NCBI GenBank assembly: GCA_033763315.1 | Contig: JANRKS010000001.1 | Span: 1-64,000 of the forward strand | Length of the DNA stretch: 64,000 bases | Direction: 5' to 3' | Source of the DNA: Deltaproteobacteria bacterium | GTDB taxonomy: Bacteria; Myxococcota_A; Polyangia; Fen-1088 | Part shown: positions 30,319 through 40,183 of the stretch, piece after piece | Position numbering within the stretch: the stretch's first letter is position 1 | How the letters are laid out: the number at the start of each line of letters is the position of its first letter | The notes under the pieces: model-generated | Seen by the model: the letters and a program-made list of their open reading frames with translations, nothing else | Databases searched by the model: none | Told to the model about the DNA's origin: nothing | Position numbers and translations under genes: made by a program

Positions 30319-32235
30319 TTACACCGCCTCCTTGTGTTGGGCATCGTCGGTGCTGGTGGGGGACGCAGAGTCTGCTTTGACGTGTTCGTCGCGCGCGCGT
30401 TCGGCACGACGGCGGCGCGTGATCAGCAAGCCCATGAGAATGAAAACCACGGGTGGCACAAAGCTCGTTAGATAAAACCACGCCAGATCTTGTTTGCGCG
30501 AGTGCGTGATCGGAATGTCTTCTTCCGATTTGACGGCGCCGGCGATCGCTTCGTCACGGCCAAGCCAGCGAATGGAGTCTTCAAACAACGACTTGTTGCC
30601 TGGGTTCTGCATGGCGATGTCCGCGAACGCGTCGGCGTCAGCAAAGGCCAAAAAGCGCCCGGGGCTTTGTTTGTTTTCGCCATCGAACGAAGCGGCGGCG
30701 GCCAGAGCAAAGGCTTGCCTTGCCTCGGTTTGGCTCGGCTCGAAATCAAGGTTCATATCCGCCCACGTGTTTGCGTCGGTTGAAATGGTGACTTCAGGTG
30801 CCGGCTTCGCGCTGTCGATCACCATCAGGTTGCCGGCGCCCATGAACACAACGGGTGCTTGAAAGCCAAGCTTGGCCAAAGTGGCAACAGAGATGTGCGA
30901 GCCAAAGCCCACGGTGGCAATGTTCGTGCGATCAGAAGGTTGGCCGGTGCGGCGCCAATGAACCACGTCATTGGCCAACGTGTTGGCGGAGAAGATCACG
31001 CCGAACGGGTTGAGCAAAGCGCCGAAATCTTGGCCGGCCTCGGGATCCAAAGCCACCATCAAGCTGCCACCATGATTCTTGACGTAACGGACGAGGGAGC
31101 CAACTTCCTCGGGCAAGAAGGGTTTCTGTGGGCCGATCACCAGTACGGCCAAGGCGTCTGTGGGCACTTCGGCCCCCAAGCCGTGCGCGATGCTAAATTC
31201 AAGCACTTCGATGCCTTGATCCGTCAGGCTTTGCTTGATCGTGGTCAAGATGCTGCGGCGATCGGTTTCGTTGACCGGCTTGAACACACGCTCGCCGTGA
31301 CCCTGCGTGAAGTACACGCGACGCGCCGGGCGCGTGATGTTGAGCAGTGTCGAATTCACACTTTCGTCCAACTTGCGCAGCTCCACACGCGCGCGCTCTG
31401 TTTCCAACGGCAACGCCAGCTGGCGTCGCAATGTGCCGCGCGTAAACACGATGACCCCGTTGCCCGTGACACCCAATTCACGTCCGCGACCAGGATCAAG
31501 CGCGTGATCCAGTTGATCGATCTTCAAAAATGGGGACTTGCCTTTGAGTTCGCTCATGTAACCGTCAACCTCTTGGCCCACATCGCTTGTGGCCGGGAAG
31601 AAGGTGGTGATGGTCATCTGCTGATCAAGGGCAGACACTATTTTCAGCGTCGATTCACCCGGTTTTGATGTGCGAAAGTAGGAAAGGTCGTATCGGGTGT
31701 CGTCGAGATTGGCCGCATACACCGAGGCGAAGGCGAACACCAAGGCGAACGCCATGCCCAGGCCCGAGAGCAACGACGTGGTGAGCCGGCCTTGCTCGAA
31801 GACAGGCGCCCTTCGCATCGATGCATACGCCAGTTCAACGAAAACAACTGGCAGCGCGCCCACGAGCCACAGCGCGGGCCACAACGTGCGCAACGCTGAA
31901 TGCACGGCAGGCGCGTGCCGGTCCAGTGAGGTGCCCAGCGTCAGCATCAGCAGATCTGAAGTGAGCAGATACGCCAGCAGGGCCACTGAGCCCATGGCGT
32001 AAAGCGCGAACAACGCGCGTTGGCCTGTGCGATCGCCCGTGGCGGATTTGCGCAGCGACACAAAGCGCATGGCGGCTGCCCCGAACACGCTCAAGCATCC
32101 AAGCGCCGTCAACGTCCATGCCAACGCGCCCACGGACAGCACGCGCTGCCCAACGAACACAAGGAACATGCCGCCGCCGTAGCCAATTGAGAGCGTGGGC
32201 GAATGGGCTTTGTTTGTGGGTGCAATCATCGCCAT
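30319..32235 (-). CDS. GldG-like ABC-associated auxiliary protein
   Basis: Several N-terminal TMs, DLS, VYFTQGHGE, IGPQKPF, GGSLMVALDP, C-terminal TM plus RRRR. Confidence 0.8.
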   Translation of the reverse strand: MAMIAPTNKAHSPTLSIGYGGGMFLVFVGQRVLSVGALAWTLTALGCLSVFGAAAMRFVSLRKSATGDRTGQRALFALYAMGSVALLAYLLTSDLLMLTLGTSLDRHAPAVHSALRTLWPALWLVGALPVVFVELAYASMRRAPVFEQGRLTTSLLSGLGMAFALVFAFASVYAANLDDTRYDLSYFRTSKPGESTLKIVSALDQQMTITTFFPATSDVGQEVDGYMSELKGKSPFLKIDQLDHALDPGRGRELGVTGNGVIVFTRGTLRRQLALPLETERARVELRKLDESVNSTLLNITRPARRVYFTQGHGERVFKPVNETDRRSILTTIKQSLTDQGIEVLEFSIAHGLGAEVPTDALAVLVIGPQKPFLPEEVGSLVRYVKNHGGSLMVALDPEAGQDFGALLNPFGVIFSANTLANDVVHWRRTGQPSDRTNIATVGFGSHISVATLAKLGFQAPVVFMGAGNLMVIDSAKPAPEVTISTDANTWADMNLDFEPSQTEARQAFALAAAASFDGENKQSPGRFLAFADADAFADIAMQNPGNKSLFEDSIRWLGRDEAIAGAVKSEEDIPITHSRKQDLAWFYLTSFVPPVVFILMGLLITRRRRAERARDEHVKADSASPTSTDDAQHKEAV

Positions 32236-32951
32236 CGTCGCGCCTCCAAAGAGCGAATCGCCAAGAACAAGGCGACGTAGCTGACCATGCCGTAATAGAG
32301 GACGTCAGCGATACGCACGATGCCTAAAGTGAAACTTGTGAAGTGTCGGTGGTAAAGCGCCATTTCCAGCACCACCTCATTGATTGGATAATCGGTGACA
32401 CGCGTGAGCAGCCAGCACGTTAAGAGCAGAACCACCATCACACCCGAGATGATGGCCGCCAGCACTTGGGTGCGCGCCAAAGTGGATCCCAAAGTGCCGA
32501 TCGCCAGTGTGGCGCCGCCTAACAACAGCAGCCCGAGGTAGCCCGAAAACAGATGCCCCCAGGAAATTTTGCCGTGAACCAAGATCAGCAGCGGCATGTA
32601 AACCGTGGCCAACGTCATCATCGACATAAACGTTACGCCGGATAGGTACTTGCCCAAGATGATGTCGCGGTCGCGCAAGGGCGACGACGTCAACAGCACC
32701 AAGGTGCCCGTTTGCTTCTCTTCGGCCAGCAAGCGCATCGAGATCAACACGCTGGCCACCATGGTGGTGCCGCTTGAGAAATAGAAGAACTTCGTTAGCA
32801 CATCCGCCGAACGACGATCGGGTTCGCCCAGCGCAAAGGCGTTGAACAGCAGGCCGTCGATCATCAGCACCAGCGCGAAAATCACATAGCCGCTGAGCGT
32901 ACGGAAGTAGGCGCCTAGATCTCGCCCCGCAATCGTCAAGACGTTGTTCAT
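32226..32951 (-). CDS. ABC-2 permease (GldF-like)
   Basis: SMRLLAEEKQTGTL.LL.SSP...IILGKY; multiple TMs. Confidence 0.88.
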   Translation of the reverse strand: MNNVLTIAGRDLGAYFRTLSGYVIFALVLMIDGLLFNAFALGEPDRRSADVLTKFFYFSSGTTMVASVLISMRLLAEEKQTGTLVLLTSSPLRDRDIILGKYLSGVTFMSMMTLATVYMPLLILVHGKISWGHLFSGYLGLLLLGGATLAIGTLGSTLARTQVLAAIISGVMVVLLLTCWLLTRVTDYPINEVVLEMALYHRHFTSFTLGIVRIADVLYYGMVSYVALFLAIRSLEARRWR

Positions 32952-33907
32952 GACAGCATCCCTTCCTGGGTCCCCGCGCTCTCCTTCTTCTTGGTCAACT
33001 CCAAGAAGATCTTCTCCAAGCGTGCGCGTCCGCGTTCAACACGCATCACGCGCCCACCCGCCGCCACCACGGCCGCCACGAGCTCAGGCCGGTGGTCACC
33101 GTCGGTGGTCACGACGAGCCGGGCCAGGCTATCTTGTTGCGGGCCCGTGGCCACGTTTAGAACCAGGGGCAAAGCGCGCAGCTTCTCCACAACTTGTGCC
33201 GTATCCCCTTCAAGATCAATCTCCACGTCGACCCGTGTGCCCATGGACGTGGCCAGCTGCTCTTCGGTGCCTTGGCGCACGATCTCGCCGGCTTGAATGA
33301 CGAGCAGCCGATCGCAGGTCTGCGAGATCTCCGCCAAAATGTGGCTGGAAATCAGCAGCGTGTGTTGACCGCGCAACCCTTTGATGAGGTTGCGCATCTC
33401 GACGATCTGCAGCGGGTCCAACCCGCTGGTGGGTTCATCAAGGATCAGCAGCGCGGGGTTGTGCACCAGCGCTTGCGCCACGCCCACGCGCTGCCGGTAA
33501 CCGTGCGAAAGCCGCCCCACGAGTTCTTTGTGCTTGTGTACGAGGCCTGTTTTTTCCTCGGCCGCGGCCACGGCGGATGCGGTGCCTCTTCGCGCCACGC
33601 CGCGCACGCGGGCCGCAAACGTCAGGTATTCGCCCACCGTCATCTCGTTGTAAAGCGGTGGCGTATCCGGCAAGAACCCGATGCGCTTGCGGATCTCGTG
33701 CGGGTTCGATAGGGCGTCCACACCGTCCACAACCACCGTGCCTGCCGTGGGCAGCAAGATGCAGCTGAGGATCTTAAGCGTGGTGGTTTTCCCGGCGCCG
33801 TTGAGCCCGAGAAAACCAATCACTTCACCCGACGCGATGTCGAAATCAAGCTGCCGAATGGCCGCGTGGTCACCATAGTACTTGGTAAGGCCTCGTACTT
33901 CGATCAT
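32948..33907 (-). CDS. ABC ATPase (GldA-like)
   Basis: GLNGAGKTT, LSHGYRQRVG, LILDEPTSGLDP, SSH. Confidence 0.92.
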   Translation of the reverse strand: MIEVRGLTKYYGDHAAIRQLDFDIASGEVIGFLGLNGAGKTTTLKILSCILLPTAGTVVVDGVDALSNPHEIRKRIGFLPDTPPLYNEMTVGEYLTFAARVRGVARRGTASAVAAAEEKTGLVHKHKELVGRLSHGYRQRVGVAQALVHNPALLILDEPTSGLDPLQIVEMRNLIKGLRGQHTLLISSHILAEISQTCDRLLVIQAGEIVRQGTEEQLATSMGTRVDVEIDLEGDTAQVVEKLRALPLVLNVATGPQQDSLARLVVTTDGDHRPELVAAVVAAGGRVMRVERGRARLEKIFLELTKKKESAGTQEGMLS

Positions 33908-34003
33908 AGGTTGCTGCCGTCCTCCCACAAATCCGCCTAATTCCTCGACAGTTCGAGGACGGCGCTTTAGGAAGCGGCGCAACCGCAGGCGGGGCTCGCG
34001 CGG

Positions 34004-34306
34004 CTAGTCGGCGAAGTCGTAAACGACCACGCGCTCGTAGTTTGGCTTGAGCGCTTTTTCTATAAATTCGATGTGCAACGGGTGCTTTTGATAAGCGATT
34101 TCGGCTGCCTTGTCGGCGACCTGGATGTACAAGCCCACTTGGTAGCTTTGGTCCACCACCGGTCGATCGCTTGGCACCATCTTGCCCGCGTGAAACACGG
34201 AGACCCCTGGGATGGGCGCCAAGTATCCGCGCATCCCCGCCAAAATGTTTTCAGCCGCGTTGGGCACGCCGGGCTTTGTCCAGAAAATCACCACATGAGA
34301 CAGCAT
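34004..34306 (-). CDS. Dabb (stress-responsive A/B barrel) protein
   Basis: HVVIFW, IPGV, YQ.HPLH.EF, VVYDF. Confidence 0.82.
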   Translation of the reverse strand: MLSHVVIFWTKPGVPNAAENILAGMRGYLAPIPGVSVFHAGKMVPSDRPVVDQSYQVGLYIQVADKAAEIAYQKHPLHIEFIEKALKPNYERVVVYDFAD

Positions 34307-34351
34307 GGGGCGGTAGCGTAGTGCAACTTTGGCGCCTTGGCCGGCCCAAAT

Positions 34352-37300
34352 TCAGGCATCGGCCAGGTTGTCGCGCCACGTTTGCAGTTGGCTCTGCATG
34401 GGGGTGGGTGTGATCTCGGCCAGCTTGAGCGCGTGATCAAGGGCCTGCCTTGCCACGTCGGGGCGTTTGCGGCGTGCCGCCGCCATGGCGCGGATGGCCC
34501 AGACTTCCATCGGTTCGAGCTGCACCGAGAACTCCTTGGAGCGAGCGAGCACGGCGTCCCACTCCTCATCCGTGGCATCGCGGGTGGCGAGGTCGACGGC
34601 ATCAAAAAGCACCGCGTCGGACGGCATGTAATGCAACTCGTTTGGCGTGCCTTTGGCGGCGTCCATGCGGCGCTGTGCTTCCTGCAAGAAAGCGCGTGCC
34701 CCTTCTTCATCGCCCATGGCGATTTTCGCCCGTGCGCTAAGCAACGCCATCAAAAGCGAAGGATACGGGCTGACGCCAGACATGCGGTCCGACAGCGCCG
34801 TGTTTTGTGCGGCGTATCGCAGCGCCGCCTCAAGATCGCCCGACACCAGTGACACCTCGGCCAGGTTGTGGATGAGGTTGGATTCAAGCGACGAAAAACA
34901 GTTCTCGCGCGCCAGACGCAGCGCCTTCTCGAAATCGACGCGGATCTGTTGATAATTGGACTGTGGCAACCACACGTAAACGAGGTTGTTCAGCGTCGAC
35001 ACTTCATGGATGGCGTCGCGCGTTTTGGCGCAAATCTCAAGCAGTTCGTTGAGGACGGTCAGCGCTTCATCGAGCCGGCCCAAAGATCCCAAAGCGGCGC
35101 CCAGGACCGTCAACGCATCAACGCGCGTTTCATAACCAACATCACCCAGGGGGCCCGCCAGTTGGGCGCTTTCGTAATAAAGCGGAATGGAGCCCTCGAC
35201 ATCGCTGAAGCGGTACAGGCTGCGCGCTTTGGCCATCAGAACGCGCGCGCGCATCAGCGGATTGTTTGCATCGGGCAGCAATGACTCCGCTTCGGCGGCG
35301 CGCTCTTTCGATTGCTCGTAGTAGTGCAGAAAATCTGCCGCCGCGGCCATCTCAAGCGCGATCTCGAACTGCATGTTTCGGTCTTCGCGTTGTTTCGCCA
35401 TGGCGTAAGCCTCAGTGAGGCCGGCCAGCGCGCGATCATACTGCCCCACGCGCAAAAGCATTGTGGCGTGTGACAGAAGCACCGGAAGCAAGCGTTCCGT
35501 GTCTTGCGGATCGATCTGCGTCCGTGCCTGTGCATATAGGTTTGAGGCATCAAGATACGAGTGCCGTTGGCGGGCGTTGTCACCCAAGCGCACAAACAGG
35601 GCGGCGGCCTCTTGGCGTAGCCCTGCGCGGGCCGCGTGGTAAGCCAACCTTGGCAGCTTCTCGTCGTCAGGCGCTTGCGAGTGCGCAAAATAAAAGCGAT
35701 ATGCCAACGCGTGAATGATCTGCCGGTTCGCTTCAGGAACCAGGCTGTAGGTGGCGTCGCGCAAAACGCCGTAGCGGAAGGAGAAGCGCCCACTGCGGTG
35801 GCGAACCAAAATGTTGGCGTCCACCAAGCGGCGCATGCCCACGTTTGCGTCAAGCTGGGTTTCGATGGGCGTGCCTTCCTCTTCGGCCAACACGATCACG
35901 CCTTCGAGCTCAATGTCGGATAGGTCGCTGCCCAAGATCGCCGCCATGCGTGCGTGACCTGCCAAATCAGGCGGCAGAGCCTCAATTTCGCGCGTGGCCA
36001 ACCACTGCACCACGGGCGAATCTGGCAACTGATCAATGGCTTCCACCTCAAGTCGGTACTCGCCTTTGGACGATTGCTTGATCGCGCCGTCGCGCTTCAA
36101 GCTGCGCACCAACTCCACCAACATCAGGGGGTTGCCTTGCGTGCGGCTCACCAACTTTTGCAAAGCGGCTGTGGGAATGTTCTCCACGGGCTGCAATAAA
36201 ATGCGCGCCAGCAAGATCGCATCCTCATTGCGCAGCGGTGCGAGGTTCAACGTTGGGTTCGTGGCGGCGCGCGCACCTAACAAAGGACGGCCCATCAACA
36301 ACGACGGGCGCGTGAGCACGCACACCCAAACCGCCGCTTGAGCCTCTTTCAAGGTTGCGTATTCAAGACCATCGAGCAGCGTCTCGTCGGCAAGGTGCGC
36401 GTCGTCGGCCACCACAACGATCGGCCGTTTCTTGGCAGCCAAACGCAGCGCTTCGCCGGTGGCGCGAGCGATCGCGGCACGTAAGGCGCCAGGGGCGGAC
36501 AACAAGTCTTTCAGATCAGGCTCATCCAGCCCCACCCAGTTCAATGCCAACGCGGGCGCGGCCCACGATGGATCGCCGTCAGGTAAACCGAAATGCTGTG
36601 ACAGCACCGCACGACCTTTGTCGTCAGGAACGTCGCGTTGCAGGCCCAAGGCCCAGCGCAAAAGATCGGCAACGTTGCGGCTTTGGCCACCATCAAGACC
36701 TTCTTGGCAGCGAAACGCACACACATCCGCCTGCGGTAGCTTCTGTGTGAGGCCCGCGGCGAGGGCCGACGCCAGTTCGCTTTTTCCCATGCCGCCTTCG
36801 GCGATCACGGTGGCGATCGTCGGTACTTGGTTGGTGGCGGTTTGTGTGGCCGACGCGAACAGTTGCTCAAGTTCAACGTCGCGTCCCACGAAGGCGTGCC
36901 GCACAACACCCACGGACGTAAGTTCGCGTTGCTCGGCCTGCAGCAGTTGATGCAGGTCAGTGCCTGGCATCGACGTGGCCTCAAGCTGTGGCACCAAATC
37001 GAGCGCGGCTTGCGTGAGATAAACCCCGGCCTCAAACGTATCGGCAAGATATCGATCTTTGCGCGTGAAGGCCGCACTCACGAAGCGACGCTGCCCATTG
37101 GGCCGCACTTGCATAAGGACGTTGAACGCGTCGACGATGGCGCGATCGCACAGCCCCAGTTCGAGCGCACGTTGGGCAGCGGTGGCGGCCAGACGCACGG
37201 GGTTGTCCGAACTTTCATGATCAAATGCCACCACGATGCCCAAGGCCGGGCTTGCCGAGGCAAGCTCGCCGCCCAAGCGTTTGGCTTCAGCGGGGCCAAC

Positions 37301-38392
37301 CGCCTGACCCTCTTTAGGTTTGAAGAACAGCAGCCCCATCGGCCGCTGTTCGGCTTTAGCTTTGGGCGCCGCAGGCGCTGCCGGTGCCCCCGGGGTCAGC
37401 GATGGCATGGCCAACGTTTCGCGCGTGAGCGAACTGGTCATGGCCATGTGTTCACCCGTGGCCAGCAAGGGCGCGTCCCAAACCTCACGCAGCGCTACGA
37501 GAAGCGCGCGCGCGTTCTCGAAGCGACGCTCGCGATCCTTCGATAAACACTGCAAGACAACCGCTTCCACCTTTTGTGCGACGCCTACGCGGCGGGCGAA
37601 CACCGGCGGACGGCGGCTGCGATGGCCCTCTCGCATGTCGGCGGCGGTGCCTGCAAAAGGTAAACAGCCGGCGAGCATCTCGTAGAGCAAAACACCCAAC
37701 GAATAGACGTCGGCGCGCGGATCCATCGAAAGATCTGCCGCGTCTTGCTCGGGCGCCATGTATTCGGGTGTGCCCTCGCGCGCCGAATCGGGATCCGCCG
37801 CTTGGCCGGTGGGCGCTGACAACCCAAAGTCGAACACACGCACGTTGACCTGCGTGCCGCTGCCCGCAAGGAAGAAGTTTTCTGGTTTAACGTCGCGGTG
37901 GACGATGCCGGCCTGGTGAACGGCGGCCATCGCTTCAAGCAGTGGGTTGAAAACGGAGGCGACGCGGTCCACCGTCCAATGCCCCGGCATCTGCTCCATC
38001 ACGTCCGACAGCACAGGCGCACTGACGAACTCGAGTGCTAAGTACGGGCTGCCATCAGCCGCCGTGCCCTCGCCGATGAATTCGGGAGCGTAAGGGGCAG
38101 GCACCGTGCGCAAGGCCCAGATCTCCTGCGCCAAACTTTTGCGAGCCGCGGGGTTGTCGGCCAGCGCCAACTTGAGGGCCACCGTGAGCCCATCGGCTTC
38201 GCGTTGGGCCTTGTAGACAGCGCCAAAGCCACCTTGGCCGAGCAGCTTTTGAACCGCGTATCCCTCGACAACTGGCAGCGGTGGGCGCGGTGGAGGTGGT
38301 CCCCCTTCTTCAGGCAAAGGCTGTGGGCCATGCGTCGCGCACACGGGGTCGTGTGGCGATAACCGGCAACCGCAAACGGCGCAGCGAACCAT
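34352..38392 (-). CDS. Ser/Thr kinase - degenerate cyclase - AAA (STAND) ATPase - TPR protein
   Basis: N-terminal CxxC..CxxH; GQGGFG, HRDVKPEN, DFG, GTPEYMAPE; FVGRDVEL, AEGGMGKS, VVADDAH, GNPL; helical repeats. Confidence 0.9.
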   Translation of the reverse strand: MVRCAVCGCRLSPHDPVCATHGPQPLPEEGGPPPPRPPLPVVEGYAVQKLLGQGGFGAVYKAQREADGLTVALKLALADNPAARKSLAQEIWALRTVPAPYAPEFIGEGTAADGSPYLALEFVSAPVLSDVMEQMPGHWTVDRVASVFNPLLEAMAAVHQAGIVHRDVKPENFFLAGSGTQVNVRVFDFGLSAPTGQAADPDSAREGTPEYMAPEQDAADLSMDPRADVYSLGVLLYEMLAGCLPFAGTAADMREGHRSRRPPVFARRVGVAQKVEAVVLQCLSKDRERRFENARALLVALREVWDAPLLATGEHMAMTSSLTRETLAMPSLTPGAPAAPAAPKAKAEQRPMGLLFFKPKEGQAVGPAEAKRLGGELASASPALGIVVAFDHESSDNPVRLAATAAQRALELGLCDRAIVDAFNVLMQVRPNGQRRFVSAAFTRKDRYLADTFEAGVYLTQAALDLVPQLEATSMPGTDLHQLLQAEQRELTSVGVVRHAFVGRDVELEQLFASATQTATNQVPTIATVIAEGGMGKSELASALAAGLTQKLPQADVCAFRCQEGLDGGQSRNVADLLRWALGLQRDVPDDKGRAVLSQHFGLPDGDPSWAAPALALNWVGLDEPDLKDLLSAPGALRAAIARATGEALRLAAKKRPIVVVADDAHLADETLLDGLEYATLKEAQAAVWVCVLTRPSLLMGRPLLGARAATNPTLNLAPLRNEDAILLARILLQPVENIPTAALQKLVSRTQGNPLMLVELVRSLKRDGAIKQSSKGEYRLEVEAIDQLPDSPVVQWLATREIEALPPDLAGHARMAAILGSDLSDIELEGVIVLAEEEGTPIETQLDANVGMRRLVDANILVRHRSGRFSFRYGVLRDATYSLVPEANRQIIHALAYRFYFAHSQAPDDEKLPRLAYHAARAGLRQEAAALFVRLGDNARQRHSYLDASNLYAQARTQIDPQDTERLLPVLLSHATMLLRVGQYDRALAGLTEAYAMAKQREDRNMQFEIALEMAAAADFLHYYEQSKERAAEAESLLPDANNPLMRARVLMAKARSLYRFSDVEGSIPLYYESAQLAGPLGDVGYETRVDALTVLGAALGSLGRLDEALTVLNELLEICAKTRDAIHEVSTLNNLVYVWLPQSNYQQIRVDFEKALRLARENCFSSLESNLIHNLAEVSLVSGDLEAALRYAAQNTALSDRMSGVSPYPSLLMALLSARAKIAMGDEEGARAFLQEAQRRMDAAKGTPNELHYMPSDAVLFDAVDLATRDATDEEWDAVLARSKEFSVQLEPMEVWAIRAMAAARRKRPDVARQALDHALKLAEITPTPMQSQLQTWRDNLADA

Positions 38393-38597
38393 CAGCTTAC
38401 CAATGTAGAGCGTTTTGCCGCTTTGCGCATCAGACCCACCACCCGAGGGCTTGATTTCGGCAAGATAAGACTGTGACTTGAGTGGGAGAACCTGTGCGTT
38501 TCAAATCATTCCTGTTGCCGACGGGCGCCCAATGGGCGCAAAGCGCGGGCCCCGTTCGAGTTTCTCAGCCAAACTGACGAAAACGAAACGAGCCTAA

Positions 38598-40181
38598 GTG
38601 ACATCACCGTCCACATACGCACTCACCCGGCTTTGCGCGAACTGTGGCTTCCGCCTGGAGGCGTCGCTGTTGCGCTGCCCCATCGACGGCCTGACTCTGG
38701 CTCCGGCGTCTGAAAACAACGCGATGTTGGGGCCCTATCGTCTTTTGCGGCGTTTGGGTCGCGGCGGCATGGGCGTGGTGTACGAGGCCGAAAACCAACG
38801 CTTGGGCCGCACCGTTGCCATCAAGCTGCTTCACCGCGCGCTGCGATCCGATCAAGTGGTTGTGGATCGGTTTTTCCTTGAGGCGCGCGCCGTCAATACG
38901 ATCCGACACCCGCACGTGGTGCAAACGTATGACCTGGTGGCGGACCCGCAGGATCTGTACATGGTGATGGAGTATTTGGAGGGTGATGATCTCGCCCACC
39001 TGCTGTCCAAATCGGCCGGGCAACCGTGGCCGGTGGCGCGGGCGGTGCACGTGCTGGAACAAATCTGCGGCGCTCTGCAAGTCACCCATCGCCGTGGCAT
39101 CGTGCACCGCGATCTCAAGCCGGCAAACATCTTCCTTACGCGGGCCCATGGCAAAGAAGACTATGTGAAGGTGCTGGACTTCGGCATCGCCAAGCTGGGG
39201 GCGGGAGGCAAGCTCACGCAGGAAGGGCTGACGATGGGCACCCCCGAGTACATGTCGCCCGAGCAAGTGCGCGGCGAAGACATTGATGGCCGATCGGATC
39301 TGTACGGCTTGGCGTGCATTGCCTTTGAGTTGTTGACTGGTTACCAGCTGTTTGGCGGTGGCTCTCAAACGGATGTCATGCTTTCGCAGCTTCACACTCC
39401 GCCGCAAAGCCTGCGGCGTTTCAACAAAGACATTCCGGCCGCGTTGGACGCTGTGATTTTGCGCTGCCTCGCCAAAGACGCATGGGATCGGCCGAGCACC
39501 GCTTATGAAATGGCGCGGGCTTTGGCCGAGGCGGTGGGGCTGCCGTTCGACGTTTCAGGGGCTTTTGCCGCGCTCACGCCGTCGAGCTTGCCCAAGCTAT
39601 CGGATGGCCGGCGGCCCACAACAGGCGCGCTGCCTCCGGTGGCCGGCTTGCGCGAACCGTCAGGTGGGGATGAGGACGAGCTGCCTCGTCGTCGGTGGAT
39701 GCGCTCCCTGACTCAGGCTTTGCCCGTGGCCGTGGTGCTCTTCGTTGTGGGAGGCGTGGTGGCGTGGCGGTCGCGCGCGGCCGCCCCCCCGGCCGATCCC
39801 GGCCCCGCCGCTGTGAACGTGCAGGTGCAATCGCAGCCCGCCGGCGCCGAAGTGATTGATGTGGCCACGCACCAGACGTGGGGCTTCACTCCCTTGCAGC
39901 GCCAGTTGCTGCCGGGAAGCCAACAGAGCGTTCAAATTCGACACGCCGGCTTCGTGCCCGCGGTGCAAACGTTCACGGTGGAAAGCGGTGGCGTCGTGGC
40001 CGTGGCTTTGGTGCCTGAACGTCCGGCGGTTGTGCCACCGCCGGCGGCTGCGCCTTCGCCGCCCGCGGAACCGGCGCCCCCGCGGGTTCACAAGCGATCT
40101 TTGCCGCAAACGCCGCCCGCCAAGGATTCGCCGCCGACGCGCGTGGGCACCAGTGGCACAATCGATCCATTCGCCCCCTAA
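38598..40181 (+). CDS. Membrane Ser/Thr kinase with periplasmic PEGA-like domain
   Basis: CANC..CPIDG; GRGGMG, HRDLKPAN, DFG, GTPEYMSPE; TM; SQPAGAEV..GFTPL; ends TIDPFAP. Confidence 0.92.
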   Translation: MTSPSTYALTRLCANCGFRLEASLLRCPIDGLTLAPASENNAMLGPYRLLRRLGRGGMGVVYEAENQRLGRTVAIKLLHRALRSDQVVVDRFFLEARAVNTIRHPHVVQTYDLVADPQDLYMVMEYLEGDDLAHLLSKSAGQPWPVARAVHVLEQICGALQVTHRRGIVHRDLKPANIFLTRAHGKEDYVKVLDFGIAKLGAGGKLTQEGLTMGTPEYMSPEQVRGEDIDGRSDLYGLACIAFELLTGYQLFGGGSQTDVMLSQLHTPPQSLRRFNKDIPAALDAVILRCLAKDAWDRPSTAYEMARALAEAVGLPFDVSGAFAALTPSSLPKLSDGRRPTTGALPPVAGLREPSGGDEDELPRRRWMRSLTQALPVAVVLFVVGGVVAWRSRAAAPPADPGPAAVNVQVQSQPAGAEVIDVATHQTWGFTPLQRQLLPGSQQSVQIRHAGFVPAVQTFTVESGGVVAVALVPERPAVVPPPAAAPSPPAEPAPPRVHKRSLPQTPPAKDSPPTRVGTSGTIDPFAP

Positions 40182-40183
40182 GC

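Noticed and set aside
38515-38560. GC-rich nested inverted repeats with GCAAAG resembling a c-di-GMP-I riboswitch
   Set aside because: Lacks the GNRA-capped P2 and the remaining conserved layout; insufficient evidence
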